Shown here in pieces: positions 1 to 8,682 of a stretch of DNA of 64,000 bases. Made by a program: the position numbers and the translations under genes. Source of the stretch: Gammaproteobacteria bacterium (GTDB lineage: Bacteria; Pseudomonadota; Gammaproteobacteria; UBA4575); NCBI GenBank assembly GCA_965203725.1, contig CBDBDH010000002.1, positions 478,829 through 542,828 of the forward strand. The letters are read 5' to 3'. Within the stretch, counting starts at the first letter, position 1, and each line of letters starts with the position of its first letter. The notes beneath the pieces are model-generated. The model saw only the letters and a program-made list of their open reading frames with translations. It searched no databases and had not been told where the DNA came from.

Positions 1-1
1 A

Positions 2-886
2 AAACCCAAAGATGCCAAAGAGGTACAGGACCTGCACCAGCGCATTCTTGAGCATGACTTGGGGAAGTTGGGCCGTGAATGCGAGTGGCCTCGGGAACGG
101 ATGGCAGCCGGAGACTGGTCTCCCGCCGTATGGTTCCATCCCGAACTGGCCGAAGCGGCACGAACCCTGGAAGAGCTGGCCGATGAAAACACGGCCTGGA
201 CACGCATCGGCAAGGTCTGGGATGTGAATACGACAAAGCAGATAGTCGGACAGGAAAAGTGGGATTGGTGCGAAGAACCCGAGGCCGAAGTGTCGGTTAT
301 CAAGGGCGCGGGAATGGATGCCCAGCTCAGGATCAGGGGGGCGATTGACGGATGGGCTCGACGGGCAAAAAAGTGGGAGGATAAAAAAGAGCGTGTCTTA
401 CGAAACCTCACGGAAAAGGCCGGCTGTCTTCTCATTACGAATACACAGGACAGCGGGTCGGCCAGACTGAATACGGTTGCCGTCCGTGAGAAGGCGGTGG
501 GGTACACCTGGACGCCAGTGCGAAAGATCAGCAAGAACGATGCGGAAGCCATTGCCGTCTGGAACAACTCCACCCTGGGCCGCATTGCCATGCGCAGGCT
601 GGGGAGCCGGAAATTGATTTGGCCATTTTACCAGCCGCAGGCGATCTCCCAAATGGTCGTGCCCGTCTTGACAGGTGGGGATGGAGAGGCCGTCCTATGC
701 AAACTCCGGGAGGCCTTTGTGCAAACCCAAGGCGAATTGGTGCCTCAGTATCGGGATGGCGTATTGGGTGTCCGGGAGATCTGGGACGATGCCGTTTCGG
801 AAGCGACCGGCCTCGACAGGTCATGGATTCGAGATTGCGCGAAACTCTTGTCTGAAGAACCGACGATTCGTGGCAATACAGCTTGA
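2..886 (+). CDS. C-terminal fragment of a large protein, probably the target-recognition end of a type IIG/IIL restriction-modification (N6 DNA methylase) enzyme; 5' end outside the window
   Basis: Frame is open from position 2 (KPKDAKEV...) to TGA at 884-886. The 'AVWNNSTLGR...WPFYQPQAISQMVVP...WDDAVSEATG...LLSEEP' pattern resembles TRD-like C-termini of such enzymes. No catalytic motif lies inside the window. Confidence 0.45.
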   Translation, partial: KPKDAKEVQDLHQRILEHDLGKLGRECEWPRERMAAGDWSPAVWFHPELAEAARTLEELADENTAWTRIGKVWDVNTTKQIVGQEKWDWCEEPEAEVSVIKGAGMDAQLRIRGAIDGWARRAKKWEDKKERVLRNLTEKAGCLLITNTQDSGSARLNTVAVREKAVGYTWTPVRKISKNDAEAIAVWNNSTLGRIAMRRLGSRKLIWPFYQPQAISQMVVPVLTGGDGEAVLCKLREAFVQTQGELVPQYRDGVLGVREIWDDAVSEATGLDRSWIRDCAKLLSEEPTIRGNTA

Positions 887-941
887 CTGTGAACGCATGA
901 CCTAATTGGAGCGCAACAACTAAAAAGGAAGAGGAGGGGGA

Positions 942-1325
942 ATGACAAGCCAGAAGTCAGACAAGCCAAATTGTCACACAATTTTAAAGCTAGAGAAAAT
1001 GTCTCCTTTAGAGTTGGAGAATATGTCTCCTTTAGAGTTGGAGAAAATGTTTCCTTATGACTTTCGCTTTAGGCGCAAGCAAAATCTAGATCCTCATTTG
1101 GTGATCAAGGCGATTCCTCTGAGGGACTTGTCGCTGCAGGCTGAATTTCCTGTAACTCTTTGCTTTGAGCTAAAGGAAGGAGGGCTTTTTCAAGCTGCAA
1201 CAAAGGTTTTAGAGCACTTTGAACCAACTCTAGAGCAGAAGACGCTAAAACAGCTTGAGAATATCGAAAAGTCTCTTCGGGACATTGAAGAGCTTCTTGT
1301 GAAGTGTCTTGAGGAGAAGCTTTAG
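942..1325 (+). CDS. Hypothetical protein, low GC, with an 8-aa repeat
   Basis: ATG preceded by GAGGAGG; 127 aa; AT-rich; EKMSPLEL repeat. Confidence 0.5.
   Translation: MTSQKSDKPNCHTILKLEKMSPLELENMSPLELEKMFPYDFRFRRKQNLDPHLVIKAIPLRDLSLQAEFPVTLCFELKEGGLFQAATKVLEHFEPTLEQKTLKQLENIEKSLRDIEELLVKCLEEKL
993..1055 (+). repeat. 24-bp in-frame tandem repeat (about 2.6 copies)
   Basis: gagaaaatgtctcctttagagttg / gagaatatgtctcctttagagttg / gagaaaatgtttcct. Confidence 0.9.
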
Positions 1326-1381
1326 CTTCTTGCGATTCAGCAGATTGACGCATAGCGGCCTCCTGTCATGGTGAAATCTTA

Positions 1382-1783
1382 ATGAAAAATCCCGGTAAAT
1401 TCAAGTGCTTATTAAGATTTTTCGATATTCACCGAAGGCTGAAAGATCACTTCGCTCCTGAGCCTGCACATCCAGGGTCTTGCAGTTACTCCGAGCCGAG
1501 TGTTGATGTCTGGATCAGGTATATTGAGTGGGAGAACACCCAGGGGGGACGGGTAATACCAGATCAGGAAAAGTCCAGAAAGCTGCGGGAACTGGAACAA
1601 GAACCGGCTGGACCTCTCTTTGAACCTGAAACATACATGACTTGCATCCTGTGCTCGGGCGGATGCGGATCCTCGGCGAGGATGAGACTCAAACGATCCG
1701 AGCCCGTTCCAGGCTGGATGTGCTGGTGTTGTGTCGAGCGGTTTCAGCGGCTATTCCTGAGGAAAGAGGAAGGGCTACAATAA
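1382..1783 (+). CDS. Hypothetical protein with Cys clusters (possible Zn finger)
   Basis: 133-aa ORF containing CILCSGGC and CWCC; no recognisable family. Confidence 0.4.
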   Translation: MKNPGKFKCLLRFFDIHRRLKDHFAPEPAHPGSCSYSEPSVDVWIRYIEWENTQGGRVIPDQEKSRKLRELEQEPAGPLFEPETYMTCILCSGGCGSSARMRLKRSEPVPGWMCWCCVERFQRLFLRKEEGLQ

Positions 1784-1918
1784 GGGAGGGTCGCTTTGGC
1801 GCTGGCCCGGGGGGTCGGGTGTAGTGCACCCGTCTTTACGTTCCGTCTACTCGCAGGGATCCGGTGCACGCAAAAACATGCCCATGATGGACGTACCCAG
1901 ATCCAAGGGATGGGGACG

Positions 1919-2452
1919 ATGACTGACCACGAGAAATACACCCGATCCGCACGTTTCTTCCACTGGCTGATGGCCGCAGGCTTTGCCTTCATGTGGGCGT
2001 GCGGCTACACCATGACGGAGTGGGTCGAGGAAGACTCGGCACTGGAAGAACTGCTGTTCGACCTGCATATCTCCGTCGGTGTGACGCTACTGATCCTGCT
2101 GGTGATGCGGGTGGGAGTGCGGCGGTCGAACCCGCCCCCCGCGTTGCCGTCCGGGATCTCCCGGCTCGAGCGCATCGGGGCGCACGTCGGGCACCTTGCA
2201 CTCTACGGGCTGCCTGCAATCGTGATCGTTCTCGGATGGGCCGAGACGAACTTCGGGGGGTACACGGTGCAGTGGTTCGGCCTGGCGATGCCGGCCGTCT
2301 TCCCGGAGACCGGGGAGCCTCTGCAGGCGCTGGCCGAGACCTTGCACAGATGGTTCGCCTATACCATGCTGGCCGTGGTGGGAGTGCACGTCGCAGCCGC
2401 GCTCAAGCATCGCTGGGTGGACGGGCATGATGTCCTTGGCCGCATGCTGTGA
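1919..2452 (+). CDS. Cytochrome b561 family (YceJ/YodB-like) membrane protein
   Basis: YTRSARFFHW, LHISVG, HVGHLALY, LHRWFAY, HVAAALKH heme-ligand His motifs; four hydrophobic segments; start taken at MTDHEKY. Confidence 0.9.
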   Translation: MTDHEKYTRSARFFHWLMAAGFAFMWACGYTMTEWVEEDSALEELLFDLHISVGVTLLILLVMRVGVRRSNPPPALPSGISRLERIGAHVGHLALYGLPAIVIVLGWAETNFGGYTVQWFGLAMPAVFPETGEPLQALAETLHRWFAYTMLAVVGVHVAAALKHRWVDGHDVLGRML

Positions 2453-2573
2453 CGGGGGAAGCGATGGGGCATGAAGGCGGGCGGGTCAGGCCTGGAAGGC
2501 AACCGCCGGTTCCCCGCCTGGCAGTCCCATCGGCACCAGGCTCAGCGTCCGGGTCGGGATGAACCCCGGGATC

Positions 2574-2813
2574 TCACTCGACCGCATGCAGCCCCAGCCT
2601 GTCCAGCATGCGGTTCAGCGCGTTGTACAGTTCCAGGTGGGTATGCCGTCCCCCGGCGTTCGGCGTGATCGAGGTGTACCCGTCGAGCGCCCCGAAGAGC
2701 TGCAGATGGATGGTGCCGTGTGCGCCGCGCCAGACGGCCCCCTCGAAGTGCACCCGTTCGCCCTCGCCGGGGTCCGTGCGCTGCAAGTCCCCGGAGATCA
2801 GCGGGTCTGCCAT
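2574..2813 (-). CDS. Hypothetical protein
   Basis: 79-aa ORF (MADPLISG...) with GC-rich coding-like composition, convergent on the cytochrome b gene. Confidence 0.4.
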   Translation of the reverse strand: MADPLISGDLQRTDPGEGERVHFEGAVWRGAHGTIHLQLFGALDGYTSITPNAGGRHTHLELYNALNRMLDRLGLHAVE

Positions 2814-3205
2814 CGCTCGTACTCGCACTCAGTCAATCCGAAGGGGGTTGGTTTCCCAGGCCGATTAGCATCCTGAGAGGAAGTACGGGCCAGCAAATGA
2901 AGCCATCCAAAGGAGAATTTCATGAATTTCGCATCACCGGCCCGGACTTCAACCTGATGGATGCCGGGGACAGGCCCAAATTGAAGTCTATAAGGGTGCT
3001 TTGGAGAACACTACAATCAGGTTTGCCTCCAGCATCCATGCCCTCAATCTAGCAAAGAACGAGGATGTTTACAATTCTGTGATTTTCTTGGATAATCCCG
3101 CCTTAGTAGCAAACTAGGCTTTAGCAGTGGGTTGTTTGCTGAATAACCTTTAGGGGCAAATCAAGCATTTGTTGCTTGTAAAAATAGACAAGAAGCACTG
3201 GACAT

Positions 3206-3913
3206 TAGTTTAAGTTTGGCAACAGCCCGGCGCTATAGCCGGAAATCTTCAACAGACTAAATAGAGGAATGGGAGCGAACTATGCGAAGTTTTCCAAGTA
3301 AAGTGGCCACAGTACTTTTGATGGCTATGGCATTGATCATGTTTGGCTGTGGTGGCGGCGGCGGTTCGTCTTCAACTTCACCAGATGATTCTGATCCGAA
3401 ACCAACACCACTATCGGGTATCGATCAGTTTAAAGTAGAACAGTACCAAGAGGAGGCGAAGGAGGCCAAGGAAGCTGCCATGGTCGACGCCAACATGGCC
3501 CGCTCCAAGGCGACGATGGCCCGGGCGGAGGCAACAAAGGCAAGAGAAGCCGCGTCCATGGCCAAGATGGCGCGGACGGATTACGCCGAGGCCGACATGA
3601 AGGCCACGGAAGCGGAGATGGCCGCGATGGCGGCCGAAGCTGCCGCGACGGCGGCCGAAGCTGCCGCGACGGCGGCCGAAAATGCGTACATGGCCACGAA
3701 GGCCGACGACGTGACGGTCGAGACTGCGAAAGCGGAGCGTGACAAGGCAAAGGCGGAGGCGCGCATCGCCATGGAGAAGAACAGCGGCGATGACGGCGCG
3801 GATGCCGAGTACATGGCCGCGAAAGCCGCGGCGATGGAGGCGGCCACCGCAGCCGACATGTACACGCTCGAACTGTTCAAGGTCGCGAGCGGCCAGGGCA
3901 TGAGCGACGCCGA
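3206..3913 (+). repeat. Long direct repeat, copy 1 (76-nt leader plus 5' ~630 nt of lipoprotein gene 1)
   Basis: Reads identically to 5242-5949 at offset 2036; first mismatch seen at 3914 (A) vs 5950 (G); translations identical through ...SDAEKKARI. Confidence 0.92.
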
Positions 3914-5237
3914 AAAGAAGGCCCGCATCGACTTGGTGCGTACCCTGATCCACAACTCCGGTGACCAGGAGAGAGATACCCACGTCACTGTTACCGTTGG
4001 TAAGGCCCTTACCACGCAAGCCGACGGCCAGGGCAATGCGAACAACTCGGTGGACGGCCTCTGGCGGTACAACACCAACGACAACGACCAGATCGCCAAC
4101 AACGCCTATGGAGCCCGGATCACGCACCCGATCGGCAAGGACCGCGTGTACCGCTTCGGCAAGTACAGTGCCGAGCTCCTGAGAACGCCGGACCCGGAGG
4201 CGACAACGGAACAGGCGACGCAGCGGGACCTGCAGAGCATCGGCGGCTTCACCGGCGTCGAGCTGTCCAAGGGCACGCTACACGCCCACATCTACACCGA
4301 CTACGACCCGTCCAAGCGCAAGGCGGCGATAAAGGCGGGCAACATCAGCGGCGTTCTGGCTTCCTCGGGGAGGGTGTCGGGGACGTTTGACCTCAGCGGC
4401 ACGGGCATCACGGCCCTCGCGGGGAGCAAGTTCACTGTGGATGGGGTCACCTACATGGGCACTGGCGTAACTTTCGCGTGCGCAGCGCCAGCGGACTGCT
4501 CGTACACGAGTACCGGGGCGGCTGCCACTGCAACGATCACGTCGCTCGGCAGCGGCTGGCGTGTAACCGGTTCTGCGGGTGCGGTGCCGGAGGCGGGCGA
4601 TCCCGACTACATGACCTTCGGGTACTGGCTGAATCTGGGAGGCAACAACTCGGGCGGCCAGGACGAACGCCTCGGCGCATTCGCGTCCGGCAACGCCTTC
4701 AGTTCGGTGATTGCCGATGGTGTCATGCAGGAGCTGACCGGCAATGCGACGTACCGGGGTTCGGCCGCGGGGCTTCACGGGATGACCGGGGCGAAGGAGG
4801 CGGTTCAGCCGTTCGACGCCAAGGCGGAGCTGACGGCGAAGTTCGGCACGGCAGCCGAGCTGGGCGGCCTTCAGGGCAGGATCTACGACATCAACTCCGG
4901 CGGCGAGAGGCTGACGGGGGAGCTGAGCGAGGTCACCCTGGCGTACGGTGAGATAGATACCGCAACCTCCCGGTCTCTCACCTATTACCCCACCCGGATG
5001 GGCACGCCGAAATTGGACCCCAGCCTCACCACACCGACGGCGACCTACCCGATGAATGGGTTCTGGCATGGCCGGTTCTCCGAGGCGGTTGTTGAGGGTG
5101 CCGAGGACGGCAAGAAGTACCCGACCGCGGTGATCGGCACCTTCGGGGTGAGCGGGACTTTGGACATGGGCACGACCGGCACGGACGACGACGTGGACCA
5201 CAGCCTGATTGGTGCCTTCGGGACGCACCTAGAATAA
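3282..5237 (+). CDS. Surface lipoprotein 1: lipobox, Ala-rich coiled-coil stalk, TbpB-like C-terminal beta-barrel
   Basis: Signal peptide ending LIMFG/C followed by a GGGGGSSS linker; ~150-aa Ala/Glu/Lys/Met helical region; C-terminal ATYRGSAAG...AELTAKFG...GFWHGRF...IGTFG...GAFG pattern typical of TbpB-like barrels. Confidence 0.75.
   Translation: MRSFPSKVATVLLMAMALIMFGCGGGGGSSSTSPDDSDPKPTPLSGIDQFKVEQYQEEAKEAKEAAMVDANMARSKATMARAEATKAREAASMAKMARTDYAEADMKATEAEMAAMAAEAAATAAEAAATAAENAYMATKADDVTVETAKAERDKAKAEARIAMEKNSGDDGADAEYMAAKAAAMEAATAADMYTLELFKVASGQGMSDAEKKARIDLVRTLIHNSGDQERDTHVTVTVGKALTTQADGQGNANNSVDGLWRYNTNDNDQIANNAYGARITHPIGKDRVYRFGKYSAELLRTPDPEATTEQATQRDLQSIGGFTGVELSKGTLHAHIYTDYDPSKRKAAIKAGNISGVLASSGRVSGTFDLSGTGITALAGSKFTVDGVTYMGTGVTFACAAPADCSYTSTGAAATATITSLGSGWRVTGSAGAVPEAGDPDYMTFGYWLNLGGNNSGGQDERLGAFASGNAFSSVIADGVMQELTGNATYRGSAAGLHGMTGAKEAVQPFDAKAELTAKFGTAAELGGLQGRIYDINSGGERLTGELSEVTLAYGEIDTATSRSLTYYPTRMGTPKLDPSLTTPTATYPMNGFWHGRFSEAVVEGAEDGKKYPTAVIGTFGVSGTLDMGTTGTDDDVDHSLIGAFGTHLE
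3630..3680 (+). repeat. 21-bp in-frame tandem repeat (AAEAAAT) in the stalk; also present in gene 2 at +2036
   Basis: gcggccgaagctgccgcgacg x2 plus partial gcggccgaa. Confidence 0.85.
4170..4549 (+). repeat. Second identical block shared by the two lipoprotein genes, copy 1
   Basis: Compared line by line with 6233-6612 (offset 2063); no mismatch found until 4550 (C) vs 6613 (T). Confidence 0.9.
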
Positions 5238-5241
5238 ATGG

Positions 5242-5949
5242 TAGTTTAAGTTTGGCAACAGCCCGGCGCTATAGCCGGAAATCTTCAACAGACTAAATAG
5301 AGGAATGGGAGCGAACTATGCGAAGTTTTCCAAGTAAAGTGGCCACAGTACTTTTGATGGCTATGGCATTGATCATGTTTGGCTGTGGTGGCGGCGGCGG
5401 TTCGTCTTCAACTTCACCAGATGATTCTGATCCGAAACCAACACCACTATCGGGTATCGATCAGTTTAAAGTAGAACAGTACCAAGAGGAGGCGAAGGAG
5501 GCCAAGGAAGCTGCCATGGTCGACGCCAACATGGCCCGCTCCAAGGCGACGATGGCCCGGGCGGAGGCAACAAAGGCAAGAGAAGCCGCGTCCATGGCCA
5601 AGATGGCGCGGACGGATTACGCCGAGGCCGACATGAAGGCCACGGAAGCGGAGATGGCCGCGATGGCGGCCGAAGCTGCCGCGACGGCGGCCGAAGCTGC
5701 CGCGACGGCGGCCGAAAATGCGTACATGGCCACGAAGGCCGACGACGTGACGGTCGAGACTGCGAAAGCGGAGCGTGACAAGGCAAAGGCGGAGGCGCGC
5801 ATCGCCATGGAGAAGAACAGCGGCGATGACGGCGCGGATGCCGAGTACATGGCCGCGAAAGCCGCGGCGATGGAGGCGGCCACCGCAGCCGACATGTACA
5901 CGCTCGAACTGTTCAAGGTCGCGAGCGGCCAGGGCATGAGCGACGCCGA
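5242..5949 (+). repeat. Long direct repeat, copy 2
   Basis: Begins 4 nt after the gene 1 stop; matches 3206-3913. Confidence 0.92.
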
Positions 5950-7312
5950 GAAGAAGGCTCGCATCACGACCGTGGAGGGGTGGATCAAGAATGCCCGTGG
6001 TGACACCGGTAACGACCAGTTTGGGGCCGCTGGAGCCGGCGCCAGCGGAGCGAGAGCCTTTACCGTGGCCCCCGCCGGGGACGGCACGGGCACTCAGGAC
6101 AACTCGATCAGCGGCCAGATCCAAGTCGATTCCGATGGCAACGATCTGGTCGCGCAGGTTGGCGGGGTCTGGGGAGCCGTGGTCCAGCACCCGATCGGCA
6201 AGGACCGCGTGTACCGCTTCGGTACATACACCGCCGAGCTCCTGAGAACGCCGGACCCGGAGGCGACAACGGAACAGGCGACGCAGCGGGACCTGCAGAG
6301 CATCGGCGGCTTCACCGGCGTCGAGCTGTCCAAGGGCACGCTACACGCCCACATCTACACCGACTACGACCCGTCCAAGCGCAAGGCGGCGATAAAGGCG
6401 GGCAACATCAGCGGCGTTCTGGCTTCCTCGGGGAGGGTGTCGGGGACGTTTGACCTCAGCGGCACGGGCATCACGGCCCTCGCGGGGAGCAAGTTCACTG
6501 TGGATGGGGTCACCTACATGGGCACTGGCGTAACTTTCGCGTGCGCAGCGCCAGCGGACTGCTCGTACACGAGTACCGGGGCGGCTGCCACTGCAACGAT
6601 CACGTCGCTCGGTAGCGGCTGGCGTGTCACCGGCACTGCGGCTGCGGTACCGGAGGCGGGCGATCCCGATTACATGACCTTCGGGTACTGGCTGAATATG
6701 GCCGATGGCGCCGGGAACGCTGAAAGACTCGGCGTATTCGCGGGTGGCAACCGTTTTGAAACCAGTGATACGGACACCACCACGCCTCTGACCGGCAAGG
6801 CGACGTACCGGGGTTCAGCCGCCGGGCTTCACGGGATGACCGGGGCGAAGCAGGCGGTCCAGCCGTTCGACGCCAAGGCGGAGCTGACGGCGGATTTCGA
6901 CACGCTTACTGATGGCACCACGCCTGCTGATGCGTTGGGCAGCGTCAAGGGCAAGATCTACGAGATCAACTCCGGCGGCACGATGCTGACGGGGGGGATG
7001 AGCCAGATCATCCTGGCGCCCGGTAACATAGACGGCGCAACCGGCCGGGGTTTCTCGAACTACCATGCGCGGATGGGCACGCCGAAGTTAGACCCCGCCG
7101 CCGGCACGGCGACCTACCCCATCAACGGGTTGTGGCAAGGCCGGCTCTCCCTCAACGCTGCGGAGAACGACGACGCTGCCAAGCGTTACCCGCTCTCGAT
7201 GACCGGCACCTTCGGGGTGAGCGGGACTTTGGACATGGGCACGGCCTCCGACATGACGGACGACGTGACCCACAGCCTGATCGGCGCCTTCGGGACGTAC
7301 CTGGAGGAATAA
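5318..7312 (+). CDS. Surface lipoprotein 2, paralog of gene 1
   Basis: Same lipobox and stalk; same barrel motifs (ATYRGSAAG, GTFGVSG, GAFG) with different intervening segments. Confidence 0.75.
   Translation: MRSFPSKVATVLLMAMALIMFGCGGGGGSSSTSPDDSDPKPTPLSGIDQFKVEQYQEEAKEAKEAAMVDANMARSKATMARAEATKAREAASMAKMARTDYAEADMKATEAEMAAMAAEAAATAAEAAATAAENAYMATKADDVTVETAKAERDKAKAEARIAMEKNSGDDGADAEYMAAKAAAMEAATAADMYTLELFKVASGQGMSDAEKKARITTVEGWIKNARGDTGNDQFGAAGAGASGARAFTVAPAGDGTGTQDNSISGQIQVDSDGNDLVAQVGGVWGAVVQHPIGKDRVYRFGTYTAELLRTPDPEATTEQATQRDLQSIGGFTGVELSKGTLHAHIYTDYDPSKRKAAIKAGNISGVLASSGRVSGTFDLSGTGITALAGSKFTVDGVTYMGTGVTFACAAPADCSYTSTGAAATATITSLGSGWRVTGTAAAVPEAGDPDYMTFGYWLNMADGAGNAERLGVFAGGNRFETSDTDTTTPLTGKATYRGSAAGLHGMTGAKQAVQPFDAKAELTADFDTLTDGTTPADALGSVKGKIYEINSGGTMLTGGMSQIILAPGNIDGATGRGFSNYHARMGTPKLDPAAGTATYPINGLWQGRLSLNAAENDDAAKRYPLSMTGTFGVSGTLDMGTASDMTDDVTHSLIGAFGTYLEE
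6233..6612 (+). repeat. Second identical block, copy 2
   Basis: Matches 4170-4549. Confidence 0.9.
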
Positions 7313-7325
7313 CTGGCTGTAAGAA

Positions 7326-7358
7326 CAAGGGGGCGTTTGTATGATTTTCGCCCCTTTG
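7326..7358 (+). terminator. Hairpin downstream of the lipoprotein pair
   Basis: caagggggcg...cgcccctttg, 10-bp stem with one G-U pair, 13 nt after the stop. Confidence 0.55.
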
Positions 7359-7404
7359 CAGTGAGTAATCGAAGCTCCCAAATTTCGTTCGCTCACGAAA
7401 ACCG

Positions 7405-7438
7405 GGGCAGGTTCTACGGGCCTGCCCTATCTTTTTTG
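7405..7438 (+). terminator. Rho-independent terminator-like hairpin
   Basis: gggcagg-ttctacggg-cctgccc followed by tatctttttt. Confidence 0.6.
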
Positions 7439-7542
7439 AGGAGAAGGGGCCTCCCGCCATCCGACGGGTCTTAAGTAGAGTTGACACCTTCCTTAATCGT
7501 GGCTGCCCCTGCTCCACATCGCTGATCCTGGTCCTAGCTACT

Positions 7543-7767
7543 GTGTACTACATCTATCGGATGCGTTCGGTATGCGCTGGTTCCGCCACATACATGTACA
7601 TTGCCAAAAATGCCGATATCGCCTTGCGCGAGCTGGGCAGGCAGGTTGGCCGATCACTGACTTTTCAGCACACGGACAGCGGAGTGGAATACATGATGAG
7701 CAAGAGCCGTATAGTGAGAGACGAAAATCACGAGCCCGAGTTTACGATTGAGGTTTACGCAGATTGA
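7543..7767 (+). CDS. Small hypothetical protein
   Basis: 74-aa ORF, no recognisable motif. Confidence 0.3.
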   Translation: MYYIYRMRSVCAGSATYMYIAKNADIALRELGRQVGRSLTFQHTDSGVEYMMSKSRIVRDENHEPEFTIEVYAD

Positions 7768-7914
7768 TGAGGGAGTAAGTAGCAGTATTCCACTGCCCCG
7801 AATACAAAAGCCCTGGTTTCCGGACGCTCCAAAGAGTGTCACCGCACCAGCCAGTCAGGCATGGATTTCTCAGACCCAGGCAAGTGCCGCATTTCAGGGA
7901 GTCGGCTAATGCAT

Positions 7915-8262
7915 GGACGCCAATCCCATCGGTGTAGACCGTGCCGACCATGATGATCCGACTGTTTGCAAACCCGTGCAGGGTATGCTTGTCGGTATTG
8001 CTGATCTTCGAGGCACTGGTCTTGTTGCTGGCCTGGCCCTTAACACCTACTACGATGGACTTGCCAACCAGTACGGCACGGGCTTTGAGTCTTTGATTTC
8101 CCGCGTATTGGTACTGTCACAATGTCCGCAGTAGCGTTCCTCGGGCCAGTAGATGGCCTTTGAACCACTTTATGGCTGCTGCCTCATCGGGGAACAGGTT
8201 AGCCAGCTCCAACAGGGAGATGCCTTTTCGATAGGATTTTCCGGGCACATCCCTTTGCGATC
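7915..8262 (-). pseudogene. Degenerate IS1595-family transposase
   Basis: Minus-strand fragments in shifting frames: PGKSYRKGISLLELANLFPDEAAAIKWF / AIYWPEERYCGHCDSTNTREI...PVPYW (Zn ribbon) / IVVGVKG...ISNTDKHTLHGF...TVYTDG. These are characteristic of IS1595 transposases; frameshift, stop and internal deletion present. Confidence 0.8.
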
Positions 8263-8607
8263 TGGGGCAACTGGCAGATCCGCAGGCTGGAGATCCAGGT
8301 GAGGGTGCTTCGCAGGTGGAGTGGCCAGAAAAGTTCGCTGGTCGCTGCGACTGCCGTATACTATCCCGTAGCGGCCGGGCCACCTGCTGAATAAGCTTGA
8401 AGCCGGCATGAGTTAGCTGCTCATGTCCAAGTAAACAGGCAGGGGTATCTTAGACCATGTAGATGTTTGCAATGACCCGGTCCCAAAGTTTTTGATGGTT
8501 CAGTCTTCACATTGCATTTTTGTCCCTTCGACACAGGGCACTACACCCTGGATGGAATTGTGAAATTACGCCCTGAGCACTATCGAACCCGCGTAACACT
8601 GAAAATA

Positions 8608-8629
8608 TGGGGGCAACACTAGGGGCAAC
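8608..8629 (+). repeat. Short direct repeat (GGGGCAAC x2) upstream of the att-like site, possible integrase arm-type sites
   Basis: tgggggcaac...aggggcaac followed by an AT-rich tract leading to the tRNA fragment. Confidence 0.45.
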
Positions 8630-8682
8630 TCATCTAAACCTGAATTTAAAATAATATATTTATCATAGTGTTATATGTATAC

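Noticed and set aside
3282-7312. Diversity-generating retroelement (TR/VR) as the explanation for the paired lipoprotein genes
   Set aside because: Differences include indels and changes at all four bases rather than adenine-specific substitutions; both copies are full genes; there is no reverse transcriptase in the window.
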